This document shows positions 9,476-19,697 of a DNA stretch of 19,697 bases, one piece after another (within the stretch, counting starts at the first letter, position 1; each line of letters opens with the position of its first letter). A model generated the notes under the pieces. It did no database searches and was not told the DNA's origin. It was given only the letters and a program-made list of their open reading frames with translations. The position numbers and the translations under genes are program-made. The stretch comes from Octopus sinensis (Eukaryota). The stretch covers positions 1 to 19,697 of the forward strand of contig NW_021824191.1 in NCBI RefSeq assembly GCF_006345805.1, written 5' to 3'.

Positions 9476-9687
9476 ATTTGAGGTTTTATAGAATAAAATT
9501 ATATTATATTATATTATACTATATTATATTATAATATATATTGAATTATACATAAAACGCTAAGTGCGCAAGCAATTCTTGTCGTTTCGAACCAACAAAA
9601 CCACCATCTTCGATAATGTCCCTCCTATAACCCTCAAATTATGTGCCCTGTTCAGGCTAGCCCTTTTTCTTTAACAGCTCTTTAATC

Positions 9688-9691
<4 letters not shown>

Positions 9692-9751
<60 letters not shown>

Positions 9752-9822
9752 TCTCTCTCTCTCCTTCTCTATCTATCTATCTCCATCCCTCTTTTCTACT
9801 TTTTTCTTCTTTCTTTCTCTCT
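9692..9822. repeat. (CT)n microsatellite and pyrimidine tract
   Basis: Directly visible. Confidence 0.95.
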
Positions 9823-10351
9823 CGCTTTGTAGATCTTAAGAAGCATATTACAGTATTTTTTCTATCACATGAAATACAACATCTCTGAACCCTGCCAATA
9901 TCGACCCGACGCTTTTTTCTAGCAACATCGCAAATTTAATGGCGGCAGACGTTGACAATCATCCAATCTGTGAATTACAATAAACTGTCGTAAAAGTATT
10001 AAAGTAGATGAAAACGGCAAAGAATCTGATGAGATGCTTCTAAATTATTCATGCAAATAAACTGCCTGATTAAATCAGCAAATTTGTCTTTATTTTTCAC
10101 AATGGATCGATAAAATTCCTAAAATAAAAATATAATAAATAAATATAATAAATATAATATAGACGCAGGAGTGGCTGTGTGGTAAGTAGCTTGCTTACCA
10201 ACCACATGGTTCCTGGTTCAGTTCCACTGCGTGGCACCTTGGGCAAGTGTCATCTACTATAGCGTCGGACCGACCAAGGCCTTGTGAGTGGATTTGGTAG
10301 ACGGAAACTGAAAGAAAGCCGTTGTATATATGTATAAATATATATATATAC

Positions 10352-10566
10352 AGAACGCCATGTTGGATCGTTAGCTCCTACACGCATTTTTTTCTCTCCT
10401 TGTTTCTCTCTTTGTTTCTTTTCTGTGTATCTTTCTGTCGAAGAGAGTAGGCTCGAAACGTAAAAGACTTGTTTTATTTCTATTCCTGAGCACCATACTA
10501 ATACAATTGTTTGTTTGTACTCCACCTGCCTTCGTCTTTTGTTTATTTTCGTAAACTTTCCCGTTA
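10352..10566 (+). mobile_element. Penelope-like element terminal-repeat fragment nested in SINE (TA)n
   Basis: Absent from other copies of the host SINE; bounded by (TA)n; contains a minimal hammerhead motif. Confidence 0.6.
10430..10467 (+). ncRNA. Minimal type I hammerhead ribozyme motif (core variant)
   Basis: TCTTT-CTGTCGA-A-GAG AGTAGG CTC-GAA-AC GT-A-AAAGA: stem I TCTTT/AAAGA, stem II GAG/CTC, palindromic stem III ACGT; A6 replaced by U. Confidence 0.55.
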
Positions 10567-11507
10567 TATATATATATAATATATATATAGTATATATATA
10601 TATATATATATATTATATATTATATATATGTATATATATTGTTATGTATATATGTATGTATTGTGTATATGTTTGTGGCGTGTGTGTTTGTCCTACAACA
10701 TCGCTTGACAACCGATGCTGGTGTGTTTACGTCCCCGTCACTTAGCGGTTCGGCCAAAGAGACCGATAGAATAAGTACTTACAAAGAATAAGTCCTGGGG
10801 TCGATTTGCACGACTAAAGGCGGTGCTCCAGCATGGCCACAGTCAAATGACTGAAACAAGTAAAAGAGTAAAAGAGTGAATTAATAATATAAAAATATCA
10901 AAACAAATGCTTATATTCATATATCACCTTATTTAATACTTTGCCTACTATGGCAGTCACCAGTGGTTCTACATGTTATATTCCTAATATGGCGCAAAAT
11001 GGGCTCAGAAGGCAAAATGTTAAAAGCACGTTAAAGGATATTTAACTGTTTAAGAGGTAGTGGAGCGCGGGTTAAATTCACCAGTGGCCCGAATTCAGGA
11101 CCTGGTTCTAATTCCAGTTTTTGCCCATCTTGTCGTACAAACTTAACTTCATTTATGCAATTGATAGTGACAACGATATAATACAGTTACTCCGAGTCCA
11201 TTACGATAGTGATAGAGGAGAACAGGGTCTCCGCTGGTTTGGTACAAGCCTACAAGAGGTTTATATCAGTTTGGAAAACTTGTAGCCGTCGTCTCTTCAC
11301 GCTATTGCTGTTTGTTCCAATGAAATGCTGCACCTTAAAGCTGACACAGCTTGACATAGCTTGGCATAGGCATTGCTGTTAGGCATCAAAGAACTGTAGC
11401 AGATATCGCAAGCCGTCTTGCCCGACTGCCAAACAGTCCGCCAATCTACCACTGTGGTAGATTAAAGCCATTAAAGCCAAAACCCTCAAATTATATTCTA
11501 ATCATGT

Positions 11508-11595
11508 GCAACCTCTTTTTCAGAAGTGGGCCACATGAGACATAGCTGATCATCAGACGGGCCACACTACTAAAAATTTTTCGTGAGGCATGCCA
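11508..11595 (+). mobile_element. Possible hAT-type DNA transposon end remnant
   Basis: CAACCTCTTTT followed by two GGGCCACA motifs, like hAT subterminal repeats; terminus and TSD not recognisable. Confidence 0.3.
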
Positions 11596-11716
11596 TTCAG
11601 AAAATACGGGCTACATATGTTTCATAACGAGTGGAACCTCAGAAGTGGTAAAATTCAAGTGAGGTGTATACCGTCGACTACGCTTCAGGCCAAGGATATC
11701 TTGGATGTATATATAT

Positions 11717-11751
<35 letters not shown>

Positions 11752-12014
11752 GTGCACAAAACACGACGATGGGGCACATTGGTTGTCTCTCTGTTTCTTT
11801 CTCTTTCTTTTTTCTCTTATTCTTTCTCGCCTTCTCTTCATTTTCTCTCTCACTTTCTTTCCCTTATCCCCCACTCTCTCTCTCTCTCACTTTGCTTTTT
11901 AAAAGCCTGATCTAGAAGAAGAGTGTACCCCTAACCTTTATAGGTTTTCTGAGACCAGTGTGATCGACGATGTGAATGTTCTTTTTGTTGAGCGGAAACG
12001 TAATTGTTGCATGA

Positions 12015-12113
12015 TAAAAGAAGGGAATTCCAGAGCGGTGGCCCTTCGGAGAATGAGGAACAAGAAATAGTCTTTAGTTTGAGACGTAGACCAAACTTGG
12101 TTCTATCGACCAA
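12015..12113 (-). pseudogene. Possible remnant of a CR1/L2-group LINE ORF2 C-terminus
   Basis: Peptide SSFSEGPPLWNSL resembles the SF...GP.LWNSLP motif; short match only. Confidence 0.3.
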
Positions 12114-12431
12114 ACACAGGTTACAAACGCAGGAGAGACGAGAGAATTAGATGGGCAAGATTAGAGGTGACAACGATATAATAAAGCCGCTTCGAAACCA
12201 TTATCGTACTGATAGACGCAACAGAGAGAGAGAGAGAGAGAGACAAGATGGCTGTAAGCGAGAGGATGGAGTGTGTTCATGGATAACTTCATGCCAGTCA
12301 GTTGTGCATCCTTTCTTGGAATGCGATCTAAGGTACTTGTATGTAAATTAGAAACACTCCAAGATTTCGGAGCAGTATTCCAGTATTGGTCGTTTGGGAT
12401 TTGTGCAGAGTTAATATATATTGTAGCTAAT

Positions 12432-13213
12432 GCGACGAGTTGGCAGAAACATTAGCACGCCGGGTGAAATGCTTAGCGGTATTTCGTCTGTCTTTATGTT
12501 CTGAGTTCAAATTCCGCCGAGGTCGACTTTGCCTTTCATCCTTTCGGGGTCGATTAAATAAGTACCAGTTACGCACTGGGGTCGATGTTATCGACTTAAT
12601 CCGTTTGTCTGTCCTTGTTTGTTCCCTCTGTGTTTAGCCCCTTGTGGGTAGTAAAGAAATAGGTATTTCGTCTGTCTTTACGTTCTGAGTTCAAATTCCG
12701 CCGAGGTCGACTTTGCCTTTCATCCTTTAGGGTTCGATAAATTATGTACTAGTTACGCACTGGCATTAATCGACTTAATTCCTTTGTCTGTTCTTGTTTG
12801 TCCCCTCTATGTTTAGCCCCTTGTGAGCAATAAAGAGATAAGAAATGTTAGCACGCCGGGGGAAATGCTTAGTGGTATTTCGTCTGCCGTTATGTTCTAA
12901 GTTCAAATTCCGCCGGGTCGACTTTACCTTTCATCCTTTCGGGGTCGATAACATAAGTACCAGTTACGCACTGGGGGTCGATGTAATCGACTTAATCCGT
13001 TTGTCTGTCCTTGTTTGTCCTCTCTGCGTTTAGCCCCTTGTAGGTAGTAAAGAAATAGGTATTTCGTCTGTCTTTACATTCTGAGTTCAAATTCCGCCGA
13101 GGTTGACTTTGCCTTTCATCCTTTCGGAAGGGGTCGGATGCGTACTGGGATCGACCCAATCGACTGGCCTCCTCCCTAAAAATTTCGGACCTTGTGCTTG
13201 AGTAGAAAAGAAC
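12432..13213 (+). mobile_element. Multimeric SINE: four units, a second partial head and a distinct terminal tail
   Basis: Units start at 12479, 12663, 12875 and 13059; partial head re-enters at ~12842; flanked by ATAT(A/G)TTGTAGCTA at 12416-12429 and 13214-13227. Confidence 0.87.
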
Positions 13214-13440
13214 ATATGTTGTAGCTATAATGTAACAAGCTGGTACTTGTAGCTATAATATCACGGCTGTTTACAGAGAAAGACAAAAACTTATTGTAAT
13301 ATTTGTTAAATATCCTGATTTATAGATATAATATGGTGCTGGGAACTGGATACAGATTATTAATCCGTTAATCGATATCGATTTGATTATCTGCAACTCA
13401 AATATGGCATACGTCAAAACGGAGAAAATAGATATCTAAA

Positions 13441-13585
13441 GTATGTGCGAGTGTATACATATATATGTGCATGTGTGTATATATGTAAGTGCGCGTGTTC
13501 GTACGTGTGTGTATGGGTGTGTGTATGTGTATGTATCTGTATGTGCGTGTGCTGTGTCTGTGTGTGAGTGTGTGTGTGTATGTGT
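13441..13585. repeat. Degenerate (TG)n microsatellite
   Basis: Directly visible. Confidence 0.9.
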
Positions 13586-13674
13586 TAGGCGTACTTGGCG
13601 ATCGGGGCGAGAGTAACAGAATTTAAACTTCCGAATACAAATAAATAAATCATAATATTTGTTTTCCGAAATTT

Positions 13675-14512
<838 letters not shown>

Positions 14513-14544
14513 AATATGAACCACTATATTTTCGGTTGATCACT

Positions 14545-14742
14545 AGGTTTCACTCGATCTGCGAAATATAGAAGCCAAAACCCTCTCAAATTAGACCACA
14601 TTCATTTTTTCATAAAGAGTGAGAAACACATAGATGATGTCATCTTAAACATGCAATGCTAAACTGGAGAACGGCGTTTTCATGAATGGTGCATTATTTG
14701 ATAACGAATCTGCTTAATTAAGGCTAACCTAGGCTAAAAATA
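14545..14742 (-). repeat. Old interspersed repeat, related to 18242-18470 in opposite orientation
   Basis: Shared ends (TTTAGCC.AGGT.AG) and AATTTGA...TT(G/A)GCT..TATTTC...TCGA segment; class unknown. Confidence 0.45.
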
Positions 14743-15201
14743 AGCAGTAGCTATAACAATAACAACTTATACTAAATGCTGGGGAAAACGTTCTCTAATA
14801 CGATATCCATTCACGGTATTAAAACGATAAAAAGAATAAAGGTCGGGGTATTACATTTATTACTCAGTTACGTTCGTTTCGATAACTAGTGGAATTGTTA
14901 CATCTTAAACATGCTGGAATACACATAAAAAATTATAAAAGTTACAGACAGAATTTATTAATCCATGCAATGTTAAATGAAAAGACCATTAACCATCCTA
15001 TGGGACTATCATGCATTCACAGTAATAGATATTTCATAACAGTTAACACGCTACTTCCTCTAGCTCACTTCTCTGATGTAATATGTGCGTATTTAATGAA
15101 AACATGACGTTATTTTAATCATTGTATGATGAGTACAATAAAGATTTGAGCTTCTTGGTTTATTGCTAAAGTTAGGTCTCTTATTTTGTCTAAAAAAAAG
15201 A

Positions 15202-15428
15202 GGTAAACGTCCTTCCCGAGTCACATAGGATCGTAGGACCGATTTCCCTGTTTCCGTGACGTACATATTCCCCACCTCTACAGGAGGCCATCCGTCGAAG
15301 GATTATTCATTTTTGCCAGTTGAGTGAACTGGAGCAACATGAAATGAAGTGTTTTTGCTCAAGAACACGACGCGTCGCCCGGTCCAGGAATCGAAACCAC
15401 AATTTCACGATCACCCTAACACCCTAAC
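15202..15428 (-). mobile_element. CORE-like SINE with a third tail type
   Basis: Minus strand GGTTTCGATTCC B-box and TTCTTGAGCAAAAACACTTCATTTCATGTTGCTCCAGTTCACTCAACTGG body. Confidence 0.75.
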
Positions 15429-15775
15429 CGGTTGCCTTGCGATGTTTCTTCCGTGTCTTTGTGTTTGGAGTTCAAATCTTTGCCTGCCATGGCTTGTTTA
15501 GGTGTTAGACTAAATCCGTTGCTCGCTTCAACATCGCTACCACGAACCTGGGAAGCTTTTACTGGAGTCCGGTCTGTTATAAGCACTTGTGCAAGGTCTC
15601 CGACTTGAGGAAAATTGCAGATTCTGCCACAAATATAACATGAGGAAACAATGTAATTATTTTGGTTTCTAGTACTGATATAAATTTGCTAAAAATGGTT
15701 TATCCATTATGTTGGAAATATATATTGTTTTCTCCAAATGAGGAGAGCAGTTTCTTTCAAATGATTTAATATTTT

Positions 15776-15816
15776 CATTGATCGATTAGGTGGAGCCGCT
15801 TGAAACGGCCGTAATG
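15776..15816 (+). ncRNA. Degenerate minimal hammerhead motif
   Basis: Stem II AGGTGG/CCGCTT, then GAA-ACGG CCGT-A (palindromic stem III), stem I CAT/ATG; CUGANGA box damaged (TGATCGA). Confidence 0.35.
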
Positions 15817-15841
15817 CATTGATACCTGGACATCCTTGTTT

Positions 15842-15885
<44 letters not shown>

Positions 15886-15889
15886 TATT

Positions 15890-16119
15890 TATATACCAAA
15901 GTAAGCACGTAAATGTGAAACAACGTGGGAAAAAATATACTACTCGAATACCGGAGGTAGGATAATATGCTTTATTATTATTACAGCTACAGAAAAAAAA
16001 ACACTCACAAAATATCAGAAAAAGCTTTCTCGTTCGTCAGACAGTTGTCCGACGAACGGGAACGGGAAACTCTGAGTAGCAGTTTTTCTGATATTTTGTG
16101 ATGTTTTTGCAGCTAATAA

Positions 16120-16120
<1 letters not shown>
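15890..16120. mobile_element. Penelope-like terminal repeat with partial inverted copy
   Basis: Inverted arms ~15971-16043 and 16046-16120 (TCACAAAATATCAGAAAAA / TTTTTCTGATATTTTGTGA); hammerhead cores on both strands; abuts (TA)n. Confidence 0.65.
16043..16084 (+). ncRNA. Minimal type I hammerhead ribozyme motif
   Basis: AGTTGT-CCGACGA-ACG GGAA CGG-GAA-ACTC T GAGT-A-GCAGTT; GNRA-capped stem II, near-palindromic stem III, GUA cleavage triplet at 16076-16078. Confidence 0.62.
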
Positions 16121-16151
<31 letters not shown>

Positions 16152-16255
16152 TGATGATGATAATGATAATACATGCACATACACACACATACACGCACAC
16201 ACAAACACACACACACACACCACACACACACACCACCACACACACACACACACAA

Positions 16256-16290
<35 letters not shown>

Positions 16291-16310
16291 CATGTGTGTG
16301 TGTGTATATA
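16118..16310. repeat. Compound (AAT)/(GAT)/(CA)/(TA)/(TG) microsatellite
   Basis: Directly visible. Confidence 0.95.
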
Positions 16311-16404
16311 GCTAAATTGGATGCACGCATAGCCATATAGAGACAGACAGATAAAGTAAGCAAGCAAACAAGCAAGCAGGTTGGTTGCTAGGTAGATAGG
16401 TATG

Positions 16405-16580
16405 CGTATCTTTGCGTTTATCCCCACACTGCTTCTCAACCGGTATTGGTTTGTTTACGTCCCAGTCGATTAGCTGTTCGGCAAAGTCCGATAGAATAAG
16501 TGTCAAGATTCAAAAAGAAAAGTGGAGTCGGTTTTCTCGGTTAAAACTCATTCAAAACGAAGCCCCAGCCTGGCTGCAAT
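16405..16580 (+). mobile_element. Diverged 3' half of the bipartite SINE
   Basis: CAACCGGTATTGGTTTGTTTACGTCCC...GTTCGGCAAA...CCGATAGAATAAGT matches 10708-10777. Confidence 0.7.
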
Positions 16581-16640
16581 AACAACAACAACAGCAGCAG
16601 CAGCAGCAACGACAGAAACTACCAGAGCAATTACAGCACT

Positions 16641-16829
16641 ACAGCAACAGCAACATCAACCTCTGTAACAATAACAGCAGCAGCAACATCGCCAACAGCA
16701 GCAACAACAACATGAAAACAAGCACGCCCCATGAGCACAAGGAAAGATCAAAGCGATAAGACGAGAGAGAGAGAGAGAGGCATCAGCTCTTTGAATTTGA
16801 GACAAACAACATGAACAGCAGCAGCAGCA
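16641..16829 (+). repeat. ~190-bp direct repeat, copy 1, 5' of a SINE
   Basis: 16711-16829 versus 17291-17409: 3 substitutions in 119 bp. Confidence 0.92.
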
Positions 16830-16830
16830 A

Positions 16831-17217
16831 GGGGGCGCAATGGCCCAGTGGTTAGGACAGCGGACTCGCGGTCGGAGGATCACGGTTTCGATTCCCAGAC
16901 CGGGCGCTGTGTGTGTTTATTGAGCGAAAACACCTAAAGCTCCACGAGGCTCCAGCAGGGTGGTGGTGGTTACCCCTGTTGTACTCGTTAGCTGCAACTT
17001 TCTCTCACTCTTTCTTCCTGTTTCTTGTCCCCCGACTTCCTACGCCACCGTTGAGCCTGGATGCGCATTCATCCATCAGTCGATGCTCTCGGTGTCGGGG
17101 GTTGACCTGCTTTCTCTTCTGCGGGTCTTACGAATAGCAAAGGACCACGTTTCGGACTTCTCCCACTACAGCTTGCGAGCTCTGGGACGAAGACCGCGTC
17201 GCTCAACAAACAAACAA
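16831..17217 (+). mobile_element. tRNA-derived SINE, head A plus tail X, ending (CAAA)n
   Basis: A-box TGGCCCAGTGG, B-box GGTTTCGATTCC; 5' ~195 nt shared with 18825-19005. Confidence 0.85.
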
Positions 17218-17409
17218 ACAGCAACAGCAACATCAACAACAACAACAACAACAGTAGCAGCAACATCGCCAACAGCAGCAACAACAACAACATGAAAACA
17301 AGCACGACCCATGAGCAGAAGGAAAGATCAAAGCGATAAGACGAGATAGAGAGAGAGAGGCATCAGCTCTTTGAATTTGAGACAAACAACATGAACAGCA
17401 GCAGCAGCA
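17218..17409 (+). repeat. ~190-bp direct repeat, copy 2, 3' of the SINE
   Basis: Matches 16641-16829. Confidence 0.92.
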
Positions 17410-17434
17410 GCACCAGTAGTAGCAGCACCACCAC

Positions 17435-17469
<35 letters not shown>

Positions 17470-17615
17470 CATCATCATCATCATCGTCATCGTCATCATC
17501 ATCATCATCATTGTCATGGTCATCATGATCCTCACCGTCAATACCGCCACCACTACTTCCGCTAATGTTTTCGTCGCCGTCATCGTCAACTTCTTCCTAC
17601 ATCTCTTCATCATCC

Positions 17616-17684
<69 letters not shown>

Positions 17685-17815
17685 GCAGCGGTGACAGCGG
17701 CAGGAGCAGCACCATTAAGAACAGCTGCATTGGTGTATAGCCATTATCGGCAGGAGAATCGTCCCCGCTGTCGTCGTCTTCATCACCCACCATCATCATC
17801 ACCATCATCATCACC

Positions 17816-17849
<34 letters not shown>

Positions 17850-18051
17850 ATCATCATCATCATCATCATCATCATCGTCGTCGTCGTCGTCGTCGTCATC
17901 ACCATTGCCAATGCCATCGCCAGCCCCAGTAACATCATCAACAACACCAGTAGCAACAGCAACAATTTCAGAAAAGGAAATAAAATCAATCAGGTCATTA
18001 AATTCAAAATATCATTGAAGACGTTATTGCTGCTGCTGCTGCTGCTACTGG

Positions 18052-18087
<36 letters not shown>

Positions 18088-18240
18088 CGATGATGATGGT
18101 AGTGGTGGTGGTTGGTGGTGATGGTCGTCGTCGTCGTCGTCTTAGTCGTCATCGACGTCGTAGTCGCAGTGGTGGTCGTGGTGATAGTGTTGGTGGCAGT
18201 AGTGGTACCGGTGCTGATATCGGTGCTGGTTGCTGGTACT
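17410..18240. repeat. Compound trinucleotide array (CAT, CAG, CAC, CGT, then GCT, GAT, GGT)
   Basis: Directly visible; strand polarity flips at ~17970-18020. Confidence 0.92.
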
Positions 18241-18241
18241 A

Positions 18242-18470
18242 GTGTTTAGCCCCAGGTCAGTCCTGACGCCAAAAAAGGACCCGTGGCGAAAGTCGTACCA
18301 CCCTTTATCATCCTTCTCTTTTCTTTTTTTCTTTCTTTTTTTTTTTTTTTGTCTTATCTAGCACTATGTTATCTCTTATTCCCCTGAATACACTAAAACG
18401 CAATTTGAAAGACAAATTTAACGTTTTTTTAGCTGTTATTTCTAACATGTCGATCGAGATGCACGTAGTG
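18242..18470 (+). repeat. Old interspersed repeat related to 14545-14742
   Basis: Begins TGTTTAGCCCCAGGTCAG; see partner copy. Confidence 0.45.
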
Positions 18471-18824
18471 ATAATCAGATTAGTTCGTCGGTTTTGCCGC
18501 TCTGTGAAATCTATGTACTTTTTCGCCGCGAGGAGAATTCATAGCTAAAGAACTGGCTCCAAAAGAACTGTGAAACTATCTCGACTTCATTAAATCTTCA
18601 TATCACAACAACATCGCTCGATTTGCGGTGTTAATAAATTAAAACACTTCAGCTGTAGTCTAAAGACAGAATTACGAAAAAGAGACAGTAAGGTGCCGAT
18701 GAATAGACGGTGAAAGAGGGGGATAAAAAGAAAACAATGTGATACGGGTGGTACTGGAAAAGGTGAATTGTCCGACTGAGGCTGTTCTTAGTATGTATGT
18801 ATGTGATTATATACAAATGTGTGT

Positions 18825-19196
18825 GGAGGCTCAATGGCCCAGTGGTTAGGGCAATGGGACTCGCGGTTTCGATTTCCAGACAGGGCGTTGTGAGTGTTTA
18901 TTGAGCGAAAACACCTAAAGCTCCACGAGGCTCCGGTGGAGATTGGTAGGAAACTCGGTTGTGTTCTTTCACCACAACTTTCTCTCACTCTTTCTTCCTG
19001 TTTCTGTTGTATCTGTATTTCAAAGGGCCAGCCGTGTCACACTCTGTGTCACGCTGAATCTCCCCGAGAACTACGTCAAGGGTACACGGGTCTGTGGAGA
19101 GCTCAGCCACATGCACATTAATTTTCACGATCAGGCCATTCCGATGATAGGAACAACTGGAACCCTCGTCGTCGTAACCGACGGAGTGCCACGACA
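18825..19196 (+). mobile_element. tRNA-derived SINE, head A plus tail Y
   Basis: Head and body as at 16831 (short deletion in the tRNA part); tail from 19010 matches 1487-1669. Confidence 0.85.
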
Positions 19197-19402
19197 TATA
19201 TATATATGTATATTTATGTATATATATTCAAGTATATATTTTGTGTATATATATATATTCGTATTATTCAAGGTTCTCATATGGTAAAGATAAATGGTTA
19301 TTTATTAACTAAAGCAGAGATTTACTGTAAATACGAGATTAAAATGGGAAATGAATTTTATCAAACGCAATATTTTAAATCTAGTCTCACAACAACCAAA
19401 AG

Positions 19403-19451
19403 CAAGCGAATCCTGACGATGGATTTAAAGAAATTCGGAACTAATCGCTTG
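19403..19451 (+). ncRNA. Degenerate hammerhead motif
   Basis: Stem I CAAGCGA/TCGCTTG, intact CTGACGA (19413-19419), stem II GGATTT/AAATTC, then GGAAC-TA (GAAA mutated, stem III deleted). Confidence 0.42.
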
Positions 19452-19480
19452 ATCGAATAAATCTCACACCCCCAGATGAA

Positions 19481-19504
19481 TGTATGTATGTATGTATGTA
19501 TATG

Positions 19505-19536
<32 letters not shown>

Positions 19537-19634
19537 TGTATGTATGTATGTATGTATGTACGTATGTATGTATGTATGTATATGTATGTATGTATGTATA
19601 CGTATGTATGTATGTATGTATGTCTGTATGTATG

Positions 19635-19666
<32 letters not shown>

Positions 19667-19697
19667 TGTATGTAGGTATGTATGTATGTATGTATGT
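19481..19697. repeat. (ATGT)n tetranucleotide microsatellite
   Basis: Directly visible. Confidence 0.97.

Larger units (their letters stand above)
10161..10877 (+). mobile_element. Full-length bipartite tRNA-derived SINE with central microsatellite
   Basis: A-box-like TGGCTGTGTGG, B-box-like GGTTCAGTTCC; 3' half ending GACTGAAACAAG(TAAAAGAG)2; several copies in the window. Confidence 0.88.

Noticed and set aside
9790-9930. Strong-looking splice acceptor (pyrimidine tract plus TTTGTAG at ~9832)
   Set aside because: All three frames stop within ~90 nt, no convincing donor site, and the tract adjoins a (CT)n microsatellite; a non-coding exon cannot be excluded.
10025-10060. CTGATGAG hammerhead-like box
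   Set aside because: No stem II followed by GAAA and no stem I.
11605-11650. Minus-strand GAAACATATGTA with palindromic stem III
   Set aside because: No CUGANGA box or supporting stems I and II.
16831-16905. tRNA-like sequence with A and B boxes
   Set aside because: No closed acceptor stem; continues into a body shared with 18825, so it is a SINE head and not a tRNA gene.
17467-18242. Poly-M/S/I/L ORFs up to 225 aa
   Set aside because: Trinucleotide repeats are open in several frames on both strands; no complex coding sequence.
18262-18295. CTGA-CGCCA...TGGCG-AAA ribozyme-like stem
   Set aside because: Core spacing does not fit CUGANGA and there is no stem III; lies inside an old dispersed repeat.

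Overview
Eukaryotic, AT-rich, repeat-dominated window. I found no credible host protein-coding gene, rRNA, tRNA gene or CRISPR array. The mix of microsatellites and tRNA-derived SINEs resembles octopus/cephalopod intronic or intergenic DNA (my inference from family resemblance). Nearly all ORFs in the track are microsatellite or SINE artefacts. The two clear coding remnants are a 5'-truncated RTE-clade LINE end (2738-3226, minus) and a decayed L1/Tx1-type ORF1 with a CCHC knuckle (4253-5077) that has no ORF2 and splits a SINE head. Other contents: a non-autonomous Helitron with canonical ends (5702-6214), more than ten SINE copies built from exchangeable modules, two large palindromes (2417-4225 and 6655-7204), a SINE flanked by a ~190-bp direct repeat, and several minimal hammerhead-ribozyme motifs of the Penelope-like type next to (TA)n tracts, including an overlapping opposite-strand pair at 16034-16084. 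All alignments and folds were done by eye.
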